The notes beneath the pieces are model-generated. The model had not been told where the DNA came from, ran no database searches, and saw only the letters and a program-made list of their open reading frames with translations. Position numbers and translations under genes: made by a program. A DNA stretch of 64,000 nt from contig UQUH01000003.1 in the NCBI GenBank assembly GCA_900544245.1, forward strand, positions 145 to 64,144, read 5' to 3'. The stretch's first letter is position 1; each line of letters starts with the position of its first letter. Positions 19,885 through 29,515 of the stretch are shown in pieces. The DNA comes from an uncultured Coriobacteriaceae bacterium. Its GTDB lineage: Bacteria; Actinomycetota; Coriobacteriia; Coriobacteriales; QAMH01.

Positions 19885-19929
19885 GTTCCCATAGCGGTTG
19901 AGCGGCCATCGGAGCAAAGGAGTTTGTTC

Positions 19930-20760
19930 ATGGGAGTAAGGAAGTACAAGCCGTCTTCTCCGGGACGTCGTTTCCAGACGGTCTCTGACTTTGCAGAGAT
20001 CACGACGACGACCCCCGAGAAGTCGCTGCTCGAGCCGTTGCCCAAGAAGGCCGGCCGCAATAACTATGGTCGCATCACGACCCGTCATCAGGGTGGCGGC
20101 CACAAGCGCAAGTATCGCAAGATCGACTTCAAGCGTCGCAAGGATGGCATCCCGGCCAAGGTCGCGTCCATCGAGTACGACCCGAATCGTTCCGCGCGCA
20201 TCGCGCTGCTCAATTACGCAGATGGCGCCAAGGCGTACATCCTGCAGCCCAAGGGTCTCAAGGTCGGCGACACCGTCGAGTCCGGTCCCGAGGCTGACAT
20301 CAAGCCGGGTAATGCCCTGCCGCTGGCCAACATCCCCGTCGGCACGCTCGTGCACGCCGTCGAGTTCCAGCCGGGCAAGGGTGCCGCCATGGCGCGCAGC
20401 GCCGGTACGAGCATCCAGCTCATGGGCAAGGAGGGTGGCTACGCCATCCTGCGCATGCCGAGCTCAGAGATGCGCCGCGTTCTGCTCGACTGCCGTGCCA
20501 CTGTTGGCGAGGTCGGCAACGCCGAGCACTCCAACATCCGCATCGGCAAGGCCGGTCGCAAGCGCTGGATGGGCGTGCGTCCTACCGTCCGCGGTACCGT
20601 CATGAACCCCGTCGACCACCCGCATGGTGGTGGCGAGGGCAAGAACAAGTCCGCCGGTCGTCATCCGGTCACCCCGTGGGGCATCCCCACCAAGGGTCAT
20701 CGTACGCGTAACCCCAAGAAGGCGTCGGGTAGGCTCATCATCCGTCGTCGCAAGAAGTAA
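19930..20760 (+). CDS. rplB: 50S ribosomal protein L2
   Basis: In-frame ORF begins at 19822. ATG at 19930 ([15 protein letters not shown]) has RBS AAAGGAG and matches the canonical L2 N-terminus. Confidence 0.96.
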   Translation: MGVRKYKPSSPGRRFQTVSDFAEITTTTPEKSLLEPLPKKAGRNNYGRITTRHQGGGHKRKYRKIDFKRRKDGIPAKVASIEYDPNRSARIALLNYADGAKAYILQPKGLKVGDTVESGPEADIKPGNALPLANIPVGTLVHAVEFQPGKGAAMARSAGTSIQLMGKEGGYAILRMPSSEMRRVLLDCRATVGEVGNAEHSNIRIGKAGRKRWMGVRPTVRGTVMNPVDHPHGGGEGKNKSAGRHPVTPWGIPTKGHRTRNPKKASGRLIIRRRKK

Positions 20761-20775
20761 TCGAAGGAGATAACC

Positions 20776-21036
20776 GTGAGTAGAAGTCTCAAGAAGGGCC
20801 CCTACGTGGAGCCGCGCCTCCTCGAGCGCATCATTGCGATGAACGAGGCTGGCGAGAAGAACGTCATCAAGACCTGGAGCCGTTCTTCGACGATCTTCCC
20901 CGAGATGGTGGGTCACACCATCGCCGTGCATGATGGTCGTCGTCATGTTCCCGTCTACGTCACCGAGTCAATGGTCGGACACAAGCTGGGCGAGTTCTCC
21001 CCGTCCCGCACGTTCCGCGCCCACAAGAAGGATTAG
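20776..21036 (+). CDS. rpsS: 30S ribosomal protein S19
   Basis: 86 aa, GTG start, [10 protein letters not shown]...[13 protein letters not shown]. Confidence 0.96.
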   Translation: MSRSLKKGPYVEPRLLERIIAMNEAGEKNVIKTWSRSSTIFPEMVGHTIAVHDGRRHVPVYVTESMVGHKLGEFSPSRTFRAHKKD

Positions 21037-21047
21037 GAGGAGCGTAA

Positions 21048-21389
21048 ATGCAAGCTAAAGCTGTTGCGAAGTACGTTCGCGTTTCTCCGCGCAAGGCGCG
21101 TATCGTCGTTGACAAGATCCGCGGCAAGGAAGTCGTCGACGCTCTGGACATCCTGCGCTTCAACGAGCGCGCGATTTCCGAGGTCGTTTCCAAGGTCGTC
21201 TCGTCTGCGGCCGCCAACGCCGAGAACAAGTACGGCGTGCGTCCGGAGAATCTCGTGGTCAAGGCCGCCTATGTTGACGAGGGCCCGACCATGAAACGCT
21301 ATCGCCCGCGCGCAAAGGGTTCCGCGAGCCCCATCATGAAGCGCACGAGTCATATCACCATCATCGTAGCTACGCGAGAGGAGGCGTAA
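21048..21389 (+). CDS. rplV: 50S ribosomal protein L22
   Basis: 113 aa, typical L22 sequence. Confidence 0.95.
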   Translation: MQAKAVAKYVRVSPRKARIVVDKIRGKEVVDALDILRFNERAISEVVSKVVSSAAANAENKYGVRPENLVVKAAYVDEGPTMKRYRPRAKGSASPIMKRTSHITIIVATREEA

Positions 21390-21394
21390 GGGTC

Positions 21395-22105
21395 ATGGGT
21401 CAGAAAGTTAAGCCGACAGGCTTCCGCCTTGGCATCACCGAGGACTGGCGCAGCCGCTGGTATGCGGGTAACGACTACGCCGCCACGCTCGAGAACGATC
21501 TCAAGCTGCGCAAATACGTCGAGAAGAAGCTCAGCAATGCCGCCCTTTCTCGCGTGGAGATCGAGCGAGCTGGCGACAAGATCAAGGTCATCATCACGAC
21601 TGCCCGTCCGGGCATCGTCATCGGCAAGAAGGGCGCCGAGGTCGACGTGCTTCGCAAGGAGCTCGAGAAGATCTCCGGTGGTCATGTGAGCGTCGAGGTC
21701 ATCGAGGTCAAGCGTCCCGAGCTTGACGCCAACCTCATCGCGCAGTCCATCGCCGAGCAGCTCGAGGGACGCGTCGCGTTCCGCCGTGCCATGCGCAAGG
21801 CCGTTCAGTCCGCGCGCAAGTCGGGTGCCCAGGGTATCCGTATTCAGTGCTCCGGTCGCCTGGGTGGTGCCGAGATGAGCCGCCGCGAGTGGTACCGCGA
21901 GGGCCGCGTGCCCCTGCACACCCTGCGTGCGATGATTGACTATGGTTTTGCCACCGCCCACACCACGATGGGCTCCTGCGGCATCAAGGTCTGGGTGTAT
22001 TACGGCGAGGTCCTTCCCGGCCAGGACAAGAAGAATCCTGCGCTCGAGGGCACGTCTGCCCAGCGTCGCGGCCGTGGCCGTCGTGGCGAGAGGAGGGATC
22101 GCTAA
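21395..22105 (+). CDS. rpsC: 30S ribosomal protein S3
   Basis: 236 aa, [13 protein letters not shown]... KH domain, basic RG-rich C-terminus. Confidence 0.96.
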   Translation: MGQKVKPTGFRLGITEDWRSRWYAGNDYAATLENDLKLRKYVEKKLSNAALSRVEIERAGDKIKVIITTARPGIVIGKKGAEVDVLRKELEKISGGHVSVEVIEVKRPELDANLIAQSIAEQLEGRVAFRRAMRKAVQSARKSGAQGIRIQCSGRLGGAEMSRREWYREGRVPLHTLRAMIDYGFATAHTTMGSCGIKVWVYYGEVLPGQDKKNPALEGTSAQRRGRGRRGERRDR

Positions 22106-22647
22106 TGTTGATGCCCAAGCGTTCCAAGTTCCGCAAGGTTCAGCGCGGTTCCATGAAGGGTAAGTCCAAGGGAGGCAACAACCTCAACTTCGGCTCCTAT
22201 GGCATCCAGGCGCTCGAATCCCATTGGATTACCAACCGTCAGATCGAGGCCGCTCGTATCGCCATGACCCGTTACATGAAGCGTGGTGGCCGCGTGTGGA
22301 TCACGATCTTCCCGGGTAAGCCCATCACCAAGAAGCCGGCAGAGACCCGCATGGGCTCCGGCAAGGGCAATCCCGAGGAGTGGGTGGCCGTCGTCAAGCC
22401 GGGCCGCATCATGTTCGAGATCGATGGCGTCCAGCCCGACGATGCTCGCGAGGCCATGCGCCTTGCCATCAACAAGCTGCCCATCAAGTGCAAGATGGTG
22501 TTCCGCGAAAACGCCGCCGAGCGCGCAGCCGAGTACGCCAAGGCGCATGCCAAGGATTCCGCTCGTGGTCGCTCCAAGGCAGCCAAGGATACCGCTGCAG
22601 CTGCCGCTGCTGCCGCCACCACCGAGGAAGAAGGGGGCGACGAGTAA
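22105..22647 (+). CDS. rplP: 50S ribosomal protein L16 with ~45-aa Ala/charged C-terminal tail
   Basis: 180 aa, [15 protein letters not shown]... core. Tail reads [16 protein letters not shown]...[17 protein letters not shown]. Confidence 0.95.
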   Translation: MLMPKRSKFRKVQRGSMKGKSKGGNNLNFGSYGIQALESHWITNRQIEAARIAMTRYMKRGGRVWITIFPGKPITKKPAETRMGSGKGNPEEWVAVVKPGRIMFEIDGVQPDDAREAMRLAINKLPIKCKMVFRENAAERAAEYAKAHAKDSARGRSKAAKDTAAAAAAAATTEEEGGDE

Positions 22648-22860
22648 ATGAAGCCTGCAGAGATTCGCGAGCTCACCACCGACGACCTCAATGACAAGCT
22701 GACCGAGGCGCGCACCGAGCTCTTTAACCTTCGTTTCCAGATGGCCACCAGCCAGCTGGACAACACCGCGCGCGTGAAGGTCGTCAAGAAGGACATTGCC
22801 CGTATTTGCACCGAGCTGCGCGCACGCGAGATTCGCGCCGCAGCCGAAGCGACCGCTTAA
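22648..22860 (+). CDS. rpmC: 50S ribosomal protein L29
   Basis: 70 aa, [27 protein letters not shown] signature. Confidence 0.9.
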   Translation: MKPAEIRELTTDDLNDKLTEARTELFNLRFQMATSQLDNTARVKVVKKDIARICTELRAREIRAAAEATA

Positions 22861-22879
22861 AGAAAGGAGCGAAACCTAA

Positions 22880-23140
22880 ATGAACGAAGAGCGTAATCGT
22901 CGTAAGGTTCGCCAGGGCGTCGTCGTCTCGGCTACAAACGACAAGACCATCGTCGTGCAGATCCAGGAGCGCAAGCCGCATCGTGTCTACGGCAAGATGA
23001 TCACCACCACCAAGAAGTTCCACGCGCATGACGAGGGCAACGAGGCCGGTGTGGGCGATACCGTCCGCATCATGGAGACTCGTCCCCTCTCCAAGCAGAA
23101 GCGCTGGCGTCTCCTCGACATCGTCGAGAAGGCCAAGTAG
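22880..23140 (+). CDS. rpsQ: 30S ribosomal protein S17
   Basis: 86 aa, [10 protein letters not shown]...KTIVV...HDE.N....GD.V.I.E.RPLSK. Confidence 0.93.
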   Translation: MNEERNRRKVRQGVVVSATNDKTIVVQIQERKPHRVYGKMITTTKKFHAHDEGNEAGVGDTVRIMETRPLSKQKRWRLLDIVEKAK

Positions 23141-23168
23141 TCAGCTAGAGTAGCAGGAAGGTACTCCC

Positions 23169-23537
23169 ATGATTCAGATGCAATCAATGCTGACTGTTGC
23201 TGACAACAGCGGTGCGCAAAAAGTCCAGTGCATCAAGGTTCTCGGCGGTTCGAAGCGCCGTTATGCCGGCCTGGGCGACATCATCGTCTGCAGCGTCAAG
23301 GAGGCAGCTCCTAACAGTCAGGTCAAGAAGGGCGATGTCGTGCGTTGCGTCATCGTTCGTCTCAAGAAGGAAGTCCGTCGCAAGGACGGCTCCTACATCA
23401 AGTTCGACGAGAACGCCGCCGTCGTGGTTGACGACTCCGGCGCTCCCCGCGGCACGCGTGTCTTCGGGCCCGTCGCCCGTGAGCTGCGCGACCGCAAGTT
23501 CATGAAGATCGTCTCCCTCGCACCCGAGACGCTTTAG
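23169..23537 (+). CDS. rplN: 50S ribosomal protein L14
   Basis: 122 aa, [16 protein letters not shown]... canonical L14. Confidence 0.96.
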   Translation: MIQMQSMLTVADNSGAQKVQCIKVLGGSKRRYAGLGDIIVCSVKEAAPNSQVKKGDVVRCVIVRLKKEVRRKDGSYIKFDENAAVVVDDSGAPRGTRVFGPVARELRDRKFMKIVSLAPETL

Positions 23538-23554
23538 GGGAAGGTGAGAAGAAG

Positions 23555-23872
23555 ATGACGAAGATGAACATCAAGACAGGCGACACCGTCAAGGTCATCG
23601 CCGGCAAGGACAAGGGCGCACAGGGCGAGGTCCTCTTCGCCTTTCCCGAAAAGGGGCGCGTGACCGTCCAGGGTGTCAACCTGGTGCACAAGGCGCTTCG
23701 CCCGACCCAGGCCAACCCCAACGGTGGCATCGATACCCGCGAAGCGGCTATCGACGTCTCCAACGTCATGCTGGTCTGCCCGTCGTGCGGCCTGCCGACT
23801 CGCATCGGCTTCAAGGTCGACGAGGACGGCAAGGTTCGCGTCTGCAAGAAGTGCGGCAAGGTTATCGACTAA
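23555..23872 (+). CDS. rplX: 50S ribosomal protein L24 (Cys4 zinc-ribbon variant)
   Basis: 105 aa with KOW motif (IKTGDTVKVIAGKDKGAQGEV). C-terminal CPSC-x18-CKKC. Confidence 0.93.
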   Translation: MTKMNIKTGDTVKVIAGKDKGAQGEVLFAFPEKGRVTVQGVNLVHKALRPTQANPNGGIDTREAAIDVSNVMLVCPSCGLPTRIGFKVDEDGKVRVCKKCGKVID

Positions 23873-23960
23873 CGCAGCACGCCGTCTGGTTTTATAGGCC
23901 CTCCATGTGGAGGGGGCGAGGTCGGAAACCCCGCCTTAAATCTCGAAGGAGTTAAGAACT

Positions 23961-24503
23961 ATGGCACCACGTCTCAAGGAGAAGTACTACAACGAGCTCG
24001 CCGTCAAGCTCAAAGACGAGCTCGGCATCGAGAATGTCAACGACATTCCCAAGCTCGAGAAGATCGTCGTCAACATGGGTGTTGGCGATGCGGCGACCGA
24101 CAGCAAGCTCATGGATGCAGCCGTCGAGGATTTGCGCGTCATCACCGGCCAGCAGCCGATGATCTGCCGTGCCAAGAAATCCATCGCAACCTTCAAGCTG
24201 CGTGCCGGCATGCCGATCGGCGCTAAGGTCACCCTGCGCGGCGACCGCATGTACGAGTTCTTCGATCGCCTCATCGCGGCTGCGATTCCCCGCATCCGCG
24301 ACTTCCGCGGCCTGTCCCCGCACAGTTTCGACGGTCATGGTAACTACTCGATGGGCGTTACCGAGCAGATCATCTTCCCGGAGATTGATTACGACAAGGT
24401 CGATCGTACCCGCGGCATGGACATCACGTTCGTGACGACCGCCAAGACCGACGACGAGGGCAGGGCCCTTCTCTCCGCTTTCGGATTCCCGTTTGCGGCA
24501 TAG
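23961..24503 (+). CDS. rplE: 50S ribosomal protein L5
   Basis: 180 aa, typical L5 ([10 protein letters not shown]...NMGVGDA...). Confidence 0.96.
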   Translation: MAPRLKEKYYNELAVKLKDELGIENVNDIPKLEKIVVNMGVGDAATDSKLMDAAVEDLRVITGQQPMICRAKKSIATFKLRAGMPIGAKVTLRGDRMYEFFDRLIAAAIPRIRDFRGLSPHSFDGHGNYSMGVTEQIIFPEIDYDKVDRTRGMDITFVTTAKTDDEGRALLSAFGFPFAA

Positions 24504-24525
24504 TGGGACAGTAAGGTAGAATATT

Positions 24526-24584
24526 CGATTGCTGTGCGTTTTCGCGCAGCAATCGGAGTTTAGCGGGAGATGCGCATCTCCCGC
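24526..24584 (+). other. Two strong stem-loops in the rplE-rpsN spacer
   Basis: CGATTGCTGTGCG-TTTT-CGCGCAGCAATCG (24526-24555, 13 bp with one G.U pair) and the perfect 22-nt palindrome GCGGGAGATGCGCATCTCCCGC (24563-24584). Confidence 0.7.
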
Positions 24585-24603
24585 GAACAGGAAAGGATGA
24601 GCA

Positions 24604-24789
24604 TTGGCAAAGAAATCGATGATCGCCAAGGCAAAGCGCGAGCCCAAGTTCAGCACGCGCGCGTACACGCGTTGCAACCGCTGCGGCAGGCCCCATTCGG
24701 TCTATCGCAAGTTCGGTCTGTGCCGAATCTGCCTGCGTGAACTTGCCCTTAAAGGCGAACTCCCCGGTGTCCGCAAAGCAAGCTGGTAA
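24604..24789 (+). CDS. rpsN: 30S ribosomal protein S14, short zinc-binding type Z
   Basis: 61 aa, TTG start, CNRCGRP...CRIC Cys4 motif. Confidence 0.93.
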   Translation: MAKKSMIAKAKREPKFSTRAYTRCNRCGRPHSVYRKFGLCRICLRELALKGELPGVRKASW

Positions 24790-24892
24790 GGCTAGCCCGA
24801 GTAGACGCTGGGCTGCTTCGAAACAGGCGCGGCCATCACGGGTGGACGCGAACCGCTCGAGAGCAGTCATCAACGAACCATAGGAGGAATCA

Positions 24893-25291
24893 ATGAGCAC
24901 GACCGATTCGATCGCAGACATGCTCACGCGTATTCGAAACGCGAACACTGCGAACAAGGAGACGGTTTCCATGCCGTCTTCGCGAAAGCTCGTCGAGATA
25001 GCTCGCATCATGAAGGAAGAGGGCTATATCGCGGAGTACGAGATCATCTCGAAGGCGCCGCAAGACGAGCTGTTCATCACGCTGAAGTACGGGGACAAGA
25101 AGGAGAAGGTCATTCGTGGCCTGCGCCGCATTTCCAAGCCCGGTCTTCGCATTTACGCTGGCAAGAGCGAACTGCCCCGCGTTCTGGGTGGTCTCGGCAC
25201 TGCCATCATTTCCACGTCCAAAGGTGTCATGACCGATCGCGATGCCCGCATTGCCGGTGTCGGCGGCGAGGTCCTGGCATATATCTGGTAA
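24893..25291 (+). CDS. rpsH: 30S ribosomal protein S8
   Basis: 132 aa, [14 protein letters not shown] signature. Confidence 0.95.
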   Translation: MSTTDSIADMLTRIRNANTANKETVSMPSSRKLVEIARIMKEEGYIAEYEIISKAPQDELFITLKYGDKKEKVIRGLRRISKPGLRIYAGKSELPRVLGGLGTAIISTSKGVMTDRDARIAGVGGEVLAYIW

Positions 25292-25313
25292 GAGCCGAGA
25301 AGGGAGCATACAC

Positions 25314-25853
25314 ATGTCGCGTATTGGCAAGCTGCCCGTTCCGGTTCCCGCCGGAGTCGAGGTAAAGATCGACGGCAACACCGTTACCGTCAAAGGTCCC
25401 AAGGGTGAGCTCACCCAGACCTTCAACGAGAATATGGCCATTAGCCTGGGCGAGGACGGCTCCATCGTCGTCGAGCGCCCCGATGACGCACGCGAGAACC
25501 GCGCGATGCACGGCCTGACCCGTTCTCTCATCAACAACATGGTCATCGGCGTGAGCGAAGGGTATTCCAAGACCCTCGAGCTCGTTGGCGTCGGTTACCG
25601 TGCCGCACTCAAGGGGGGCAAGCTCGAGATGACGCTCGGCTTCTCGCACCCCGTCATCGTGGATGCCATCGATGGCGTCACGTTCGAGTGCCCCGAGCCC
25701 ACGATCATCAACATCAGCGGCATTGACAAGCAGCTGGTCGGTCAAGTTGCCGCGGACATTCGCGCCTACCGCAAGCCCGAGCCGTACAAGGGCAAGGGCA
25801 TTCGCTACCAGGGCGAGCACATCCGCCGCAAAGAGGGCAAGGCAGCCAAGTAA
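25314..25853 (+). CDS. rplF: 50S ribosomal protein L6
   Basis: ORF from 25242. ATG at 25314 ([15 protein letters not shown]) has GAAGGGAG upstream and is the canonical start. Confidence 0.95.
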   Translation: MSRIGKLPVPVPAGVEVKIDGNTVTVKGPKGELTQTFNENMAISLGEDGSIVVERPDDARENRAMHGLTRSLINNMVIGVSEGYSKTLELVGVGYRAALKGGKLEMTLGFSHPVIVDAIDGVTFECPEPTIINISGIDKQLVGQVAADIRAYRKPEPYKGKGIRYQGEHIRRKEGKAAK

Positions 25854-25904
25854 TAAGCGTGCGCCGGCCGTTGCGCCGGTTGATTTCAAGGAGAACGGTA
25901 CAGT

Positions 25905-26273
25905 ATGGACAAGCTCAAGGCAAAGAAGGCGAAACTGCAGCGTCGCCAGCGCCGCGTGCGTGGCAAGGTTGCAGGTACGCCCGAGCGTCCGCGCCTGCGC
26001 GTGACGCGTTCCAACACTAACATCTACGCTCAGGTCATCGACGATGTCGCTGCCGTCACGTTGGCAAGCGCGTCTTCGCTTGACAAGCAGGTCAAGGCCA
26101 CCGGCAAGAGCGGTGGCAACATCGAAGGTGCTGCCGAGGTGGGCAAGCTCATCGCCCAACGTGCCCTCAACGCGGGTATCGGCGAGGTCGTATTTGACCG
26201 CGGCGGCAATCTCTACCATGGTCGTGTCAAGGCGCTCGCCGAGGGCGCCCGCGAAGCCGGCCTGAAATTCTAG
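25905..26273 (+). CDS. rplR: 50S ribosomal protein L18
   Basis: 122 aa, typical L18 ([18 protein letters not shown]...[21 protein letters not shown]). Confidence 0.93.
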   Translation: MDKLKAKKAKLQRRQRRVRGKVAGTPERPRLRVTRSNTNIYAQVIDDVAAVTLASASSLDKQVKATGKSGGNIEGAAEVGKLIAQRALNAGIGEVVFDRGGNLYHGRVKALAEGAREAGLKF

Positions 26274-26285
26274 GGGGAGGGAAAC

Positions 26286-26831
26286 ATGGCACAGAGGCCT
26301 AACAACAGGAAGTCAAACAGGCAGGCTGCACAGCAGGCTCCCGAACTCGAAGAGCGCGTTGTCTACATCAACCGCGTTTCCAAGGTCGTCAAAGGCGGCC
26401 GTCGCTTCGGCCTGACCGCGCTCGTCGTCGTCGGCGATCGCAACGGCAACGTCGGTGTCGGCATGGGCAAGTCCGCCGAGGTACCCATCGCCATCAGCAA
26501 GGGCGTCGAGGACGCCAAGAAGAACATGTTCAAGGTTCCGCTGACCGAGGAAGGCACCATTCCGCACGAGGTCATCGGCGAGTTCTCCGCCGGTCGCGTT
26601 CTGCTCAAGCCCGCCACGCCGGGTACTGGCGTCATCGCCGGTGGTCCGGTTCGCGCCCTGCTCGAGCTTGCCGGCGTCAAGGACGTGCTGTCCAAGTCGC
26701 TCGGCACCGACAATGCGATGAACATCGTCAAGGCGGCAGCCGAGGGCCTCAAGGAGCTCCAGAGCCCCCAGCAGGTTGCGGCACGTCGCGACATGACCGT
26801 TGCTGAAATCTACGGAAAGAAGGTTCAGTAA
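26286..26831 (+). CDS. rpsE: 30S ribosomal protein S5
   Basis: 181 aa, [27 protein letters not shown] signature. Confidence 0.95.
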   Translation: MAQRPNNRKSNRQAAQQAPELEERVVYINRVSKVVKGGRRFGLTALVVVGDRNGNVGVGMGKSAEVPIAISKGVEDAKKNMFKVPLTEEGTIPHEVIGEFSAGRVLLKPATPGTGVIAGGPVRALLELAGVKDVLSKSLGTDNAMNIVKAAAEGLKELQSPQQVAARRDMTVAEIYGKKVQ

Positions 26832-27022
26832 TGGCTAACGCAAAGAAGACGCTGCGTCTGACGCAGGTTAAGAGCTCGATTGGCTACAAGGCCGATCAGG
26901 ACAAGACGCTCAAGGCCCTTGGCCTGGGCAAGATCGGTTCCACGGTCGAGCAGGTCGACAACGATGCCATCAGGGGCATGATCTTCAAGGTCAAGCACCT
27001 GATCGAGGTCGAGAACATCTAG
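26831..27022 (+). CDS. rpmD: 50S ribosomal protein L30
   Basis: 63 aa, LRLTQVKSSIG...TLKALGLGKIG. Confidence 0.9.
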   Translation: MANAKKTLRLTQVKSSIGYKADQDKTLKALGLGKIGSTVEQVDNDAIRGMIFKVKHLIEVENI

Positions 27023-27034
27023 CAAGCACGTGAT

Positions 27035-27117
27035 GGGCCGCATCGCCAGGGTGCGGCTCACGACAAGGTAGTCTGCCGGCGGCGAGCAGCCGGCTTCGTT
27101 CGCAGGATGCGGACGAA
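27035..27117 (+). other. Three consecutive stem-loops in the rpmD-rplO spacer
   Basis: GGGCCGCA/TGCGGCTC (27035-27059), GCCGGC/GCCGGC (27075-27094), TTCGTTCGC-AGGAT-GCGGACGAA (27095-27117). Confidence 0.65.
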
Positions 27118-27134
27118 CGCGAAAAGGAGACATC

Positions 27135-27575
27135 ATGGATCTTTCTGAACTCAAGCCGGCCGAGGGATCGACCAAGAAGCGCAAGCGCGTCGGCCGCGGG
27201 CATGGCTCGGGCCATGGCGGAACGTCCGGCCGCGGCATGAACGGCCAGGCTTCGCGTGCCGGCGGCACCAAGGGCCCGGGTTTCGAGGGCGGCCAGACGC
27301 CGCTCGCGATGCGCCTTCCCAAGCTCCCCGGTTTCCGCAACGTCAACCGCAAGGAGTACGTGCCGGTCAACGTCGGTCGTCTTGACGAGAAGTTTGCTGC
27401 CGGCGAGACCGTCAACGGCGAGACGCTCGTCGAGAAGGGCATCATCAAGCACCCCGATGCGCTCGTCAAGGTTCTCGGCGATGGCGAAATCACCAAGGCC
27501 CTCACCATCCAGGTCGACAAGGTTTCCGCTTCTGCAAAGGCCAAGATTGAAGCGGCCGGAGGAAAGGTCGAGTAG
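27135..27575 (+). CDS. rplO: 50S ribosomal protein L15
   Basis: 146 aa, [32 protein letters not shown] signature. Confidence 0.93.
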   Translation: MDLSELKPAEGSTKKRKRVGRGHGSGHGGTSGRGMNGQASRAGGTKGPGFEGGQTPLAMRLPKLPGFRNVNRKEYVPVNVGRLDEKFAAGETVNGETLVEKGIIKHPDALVKVLGDGEITKALTIQVDKVSASAKAKIEAAGGKVE

Positions 27576-27577
27576 CC

Positions 27578-28867
27578 GTGCTCAACGCACTCATTAACGC
27601 AATGAAGGTGAAGGAGCTTCGTCACAAGATCTTCTTCACCCTGGGAATCATAGCGCTGTATCGTGTTGGCTCGTTTATCCCCGTTCCCGGCATCCCGTTT
27701 GCCGACCTCGTGTCGAACTTCCGTGACACGAGCACGAACGCCGGTCTGCTCATGCTCAACCTGTTCTCTGGTGGCGCGCTCGAGTACTTCTCGGTGTTCT
27801 CGCTCGGCATCATGCCCTATATCACCGCCTCGATCATCATGCAGCTCATGCAGGGCATCATTCCCGCCCTGCAGCGCTGGCAGAAGGAAGGCGAGACCGG
27901 GCAGCGCAAGGTCACGCGCATCACGCGCTACCTGACGCTCGCGCTGGGCCTGATCAATGCCATCGGCTACCTGGTCCTGTTCCAGAACGCCTTCGGAGTC
28001 GATTTCTCCACGACGGGCATGCCCACGTGGCTGATCAGCGCGGTCATCATCATCACGCTCGTTTCGGGCACCGCTCTCATCATGTGGATGGGCGAGCTCA
28101 TCACGCAGCGCGGCATTGGCAACGGCATGTCGTTGATCATCTTCGCGAACATCATCGCCCGCCTCCCGAGCGCGCTGCTCGATTCCATCCAGAACTCCAC
28201 CGACCAGATGCAGGGCATCCTCATGACCGTGCTCATCATCGCCGTGATTCTCATCACGATTCCGGGCATCGTCTTCATCGAGCGTGGCCAGCGTCGCATT
28301 CCGGTGCAGTATTCCAAGCGTGTCGTGGGGCGCAAGGTCATGGGCGGCCAGTCCACGTACCTGCCGTTCAAGGTCAACGGTTCGGGCGTTATCCCCATCA
28401 TCTTCGCTTCCGCGCTGCTCTACCTGCCTGCCCAGATCGCCGCGTTCTTCAGTGACGCGGGCTGGTTGCAGGCCGTCGCGAACTTCTGCTCCGCTGGCTG
28501 GGGCAACTGGATTCTGACCTTCGGGCTGATCGTCTTCTTCGCGTACTTCTACACGTCGATGATCTATCATCCGCAGGAGACGGCTGACAACCTGAAGAAC
28601 AACGGCGGCTTCATCCCCGGCGTTCGCCCGGGTGGTGCGACCGTGCAGTACATCAAGAACGTGATCAACCGCATCACGCTTCCGGGTGCGATGTTCCTCG
28701 CGGCCATCGCGATCATCCCGTCCATCCTGTACTCGTTCACGGGCAACACCCTGATCCAGCTGTTTGGCGGAACCTCCGTCCTCATCATGGTCGGCGTCGC
28801 GCTCGACACGATGACCAAGCTGGAGAGCCAGTTGAAGATGCACAATTACGACGGCTTCTTCAAATAG
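27578..28867 (+). CDS. secY: Preprotein translocase subunit SecY
   Basis: 429 aa, GTG start, 10-TM protein with the typical LGIMPYITASIIMQL segment. Confidence 0.96.
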   Translation: MLNALINAMKVKELRHKIFFTLGIIALYRVGSFIPVPGIPFADLVSNFRDTSTNAGLLMLNLFSGGALEYFSVFSLGIMPYITASIIMQLMQGIIPALQRWQKEGETGQRKVTRITRYLTLALGLINAIGYLVLFQNAFGVDFSTTGMPTWLISAVIIITLVSGTALIMWMGELITQRGIGNGMSLIIFANIIARLPSALLDSIQNSTDQMQGILMTVLIIAVILITIPGIVFIERGQRRIPVQYSKRVVGRKVMGGQSTYLPFKVNGSGVIPIIFASALLYLPAQIAAFFSDAGWLQAVANFCSAGWGNWILTFGLIVFFAYFYTSMIYHPQETADNLKNNGGFIPGVRPGGATVQYIKNVINRITLPGAMFLAAIAIIPSILYSFTGNTLIQLFGGTSVLIMVGVALDTMTKLESQLKMHNYDGFFK

Positions 28868-28882
28868 ACTGAGGAGAATTCT

Positions 28883-29509
28883 ATGAACATCGTACTCCTG
28901 GGCGCCCCCGGCGCCGGAAAGGGCACCCAATCCGCTCGCCTCGTCGACGAGTTCGGCTTCACGCACCTTTCCACGGGCGACCTGCTTCGCGCGGCCGTCA
29001 AGGAGGGAACCGAGCTTGGCGTCAAGGCCAAGTCCTACATGGATGCCGGCGAACTCGTGCCCGACGAGGTTGTCATCGGCTTGGTCGAGGAGAAGCTCAA
29101 GGCTGCGCCCGAGGCATCGTTCCTGCTCGACGGCTTTCCGCGCACTCCGGCCCAGGCCGTCGCCCTCGATGGCGTGCTTGCCAATCTTGGCAAGAAGCTC
29201 GATTACGCAATCGCCCTCGAGGTCGATTCCGAGGCCCTCGTCGCGCGCATGTCGCAGCGCCGCGTCTGCCATGAATGCGGATATCCCGGCACCGTCGAGA
29301 CGGGCCCGGTTTGCCCCAAGTGCGGCGGCGAGATGTACCAGCGCGCCGACGACAACGAGGAGACGGTGCGCAACCGTCTGGCCGTTTACGAGAAGTCGAC
29401 GAGCCCCCTCATCGACTACTATCGTGGCAACGGCATTCTCATCGAGCTCGATGGCGGCAAGTCTCCCGATGACGTGTTCGCAGAGCTGAGGAAGGCCATC
29501 GGCAAGTAG
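28883..29509 (+). CDS. adk: Adenylate kinase (Cys4 zinc-lid type)
   Basis: 208 aa with P-loop GAPGAGKGTQ and lid CHEC...CPKC. Confidence 0.95.
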   Translation: MNIVLLGAPGAGKGTQSARLVDEFGFTHLSTGDLLRAAVKEGTELGVKAKSYMDAGELVPDEVVIGLVEEKLKAAPEASFLLDGFPRTPAQAVALDGVLANLGKKLDYAIALEVDSEALVARMSQRRVCHECGYPGTVETGPVCPKCGGEMYQRADDNEETVRNRLAVYEKSTSPLIDYYRGNGILIELDGGKSPDDVFAELRKAIGK

Positions 29510-29515
29510 AATCGC

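Noticed and set aside
19822-19929. In-frame N-terminal extensions suggested by the ORF track for rplB, and likewise for rplF (25242), rpoA (32168), truA (35039), the ACP (35842), addA (41221), valS (50291), folC (62402), infA (30280) and maf (to 37938).
   Set aside because: In each case an internal start with a good Shine-Dalgarno sequence reproduces the canonical family N-terminus. The upstream extension is Arg/Ser/Cys-rich junk overlapping the preceding gene or spacer.
27069-27074. TAGTCT hexamer in the rpmD-rplO spacer, identical to the putative rpsL -10, considered as an internal promoter.
   Set aside because: No acceptable -35 at 16-19 nt (CCAGGG), and it lies between hairpins. Not enough evidence.
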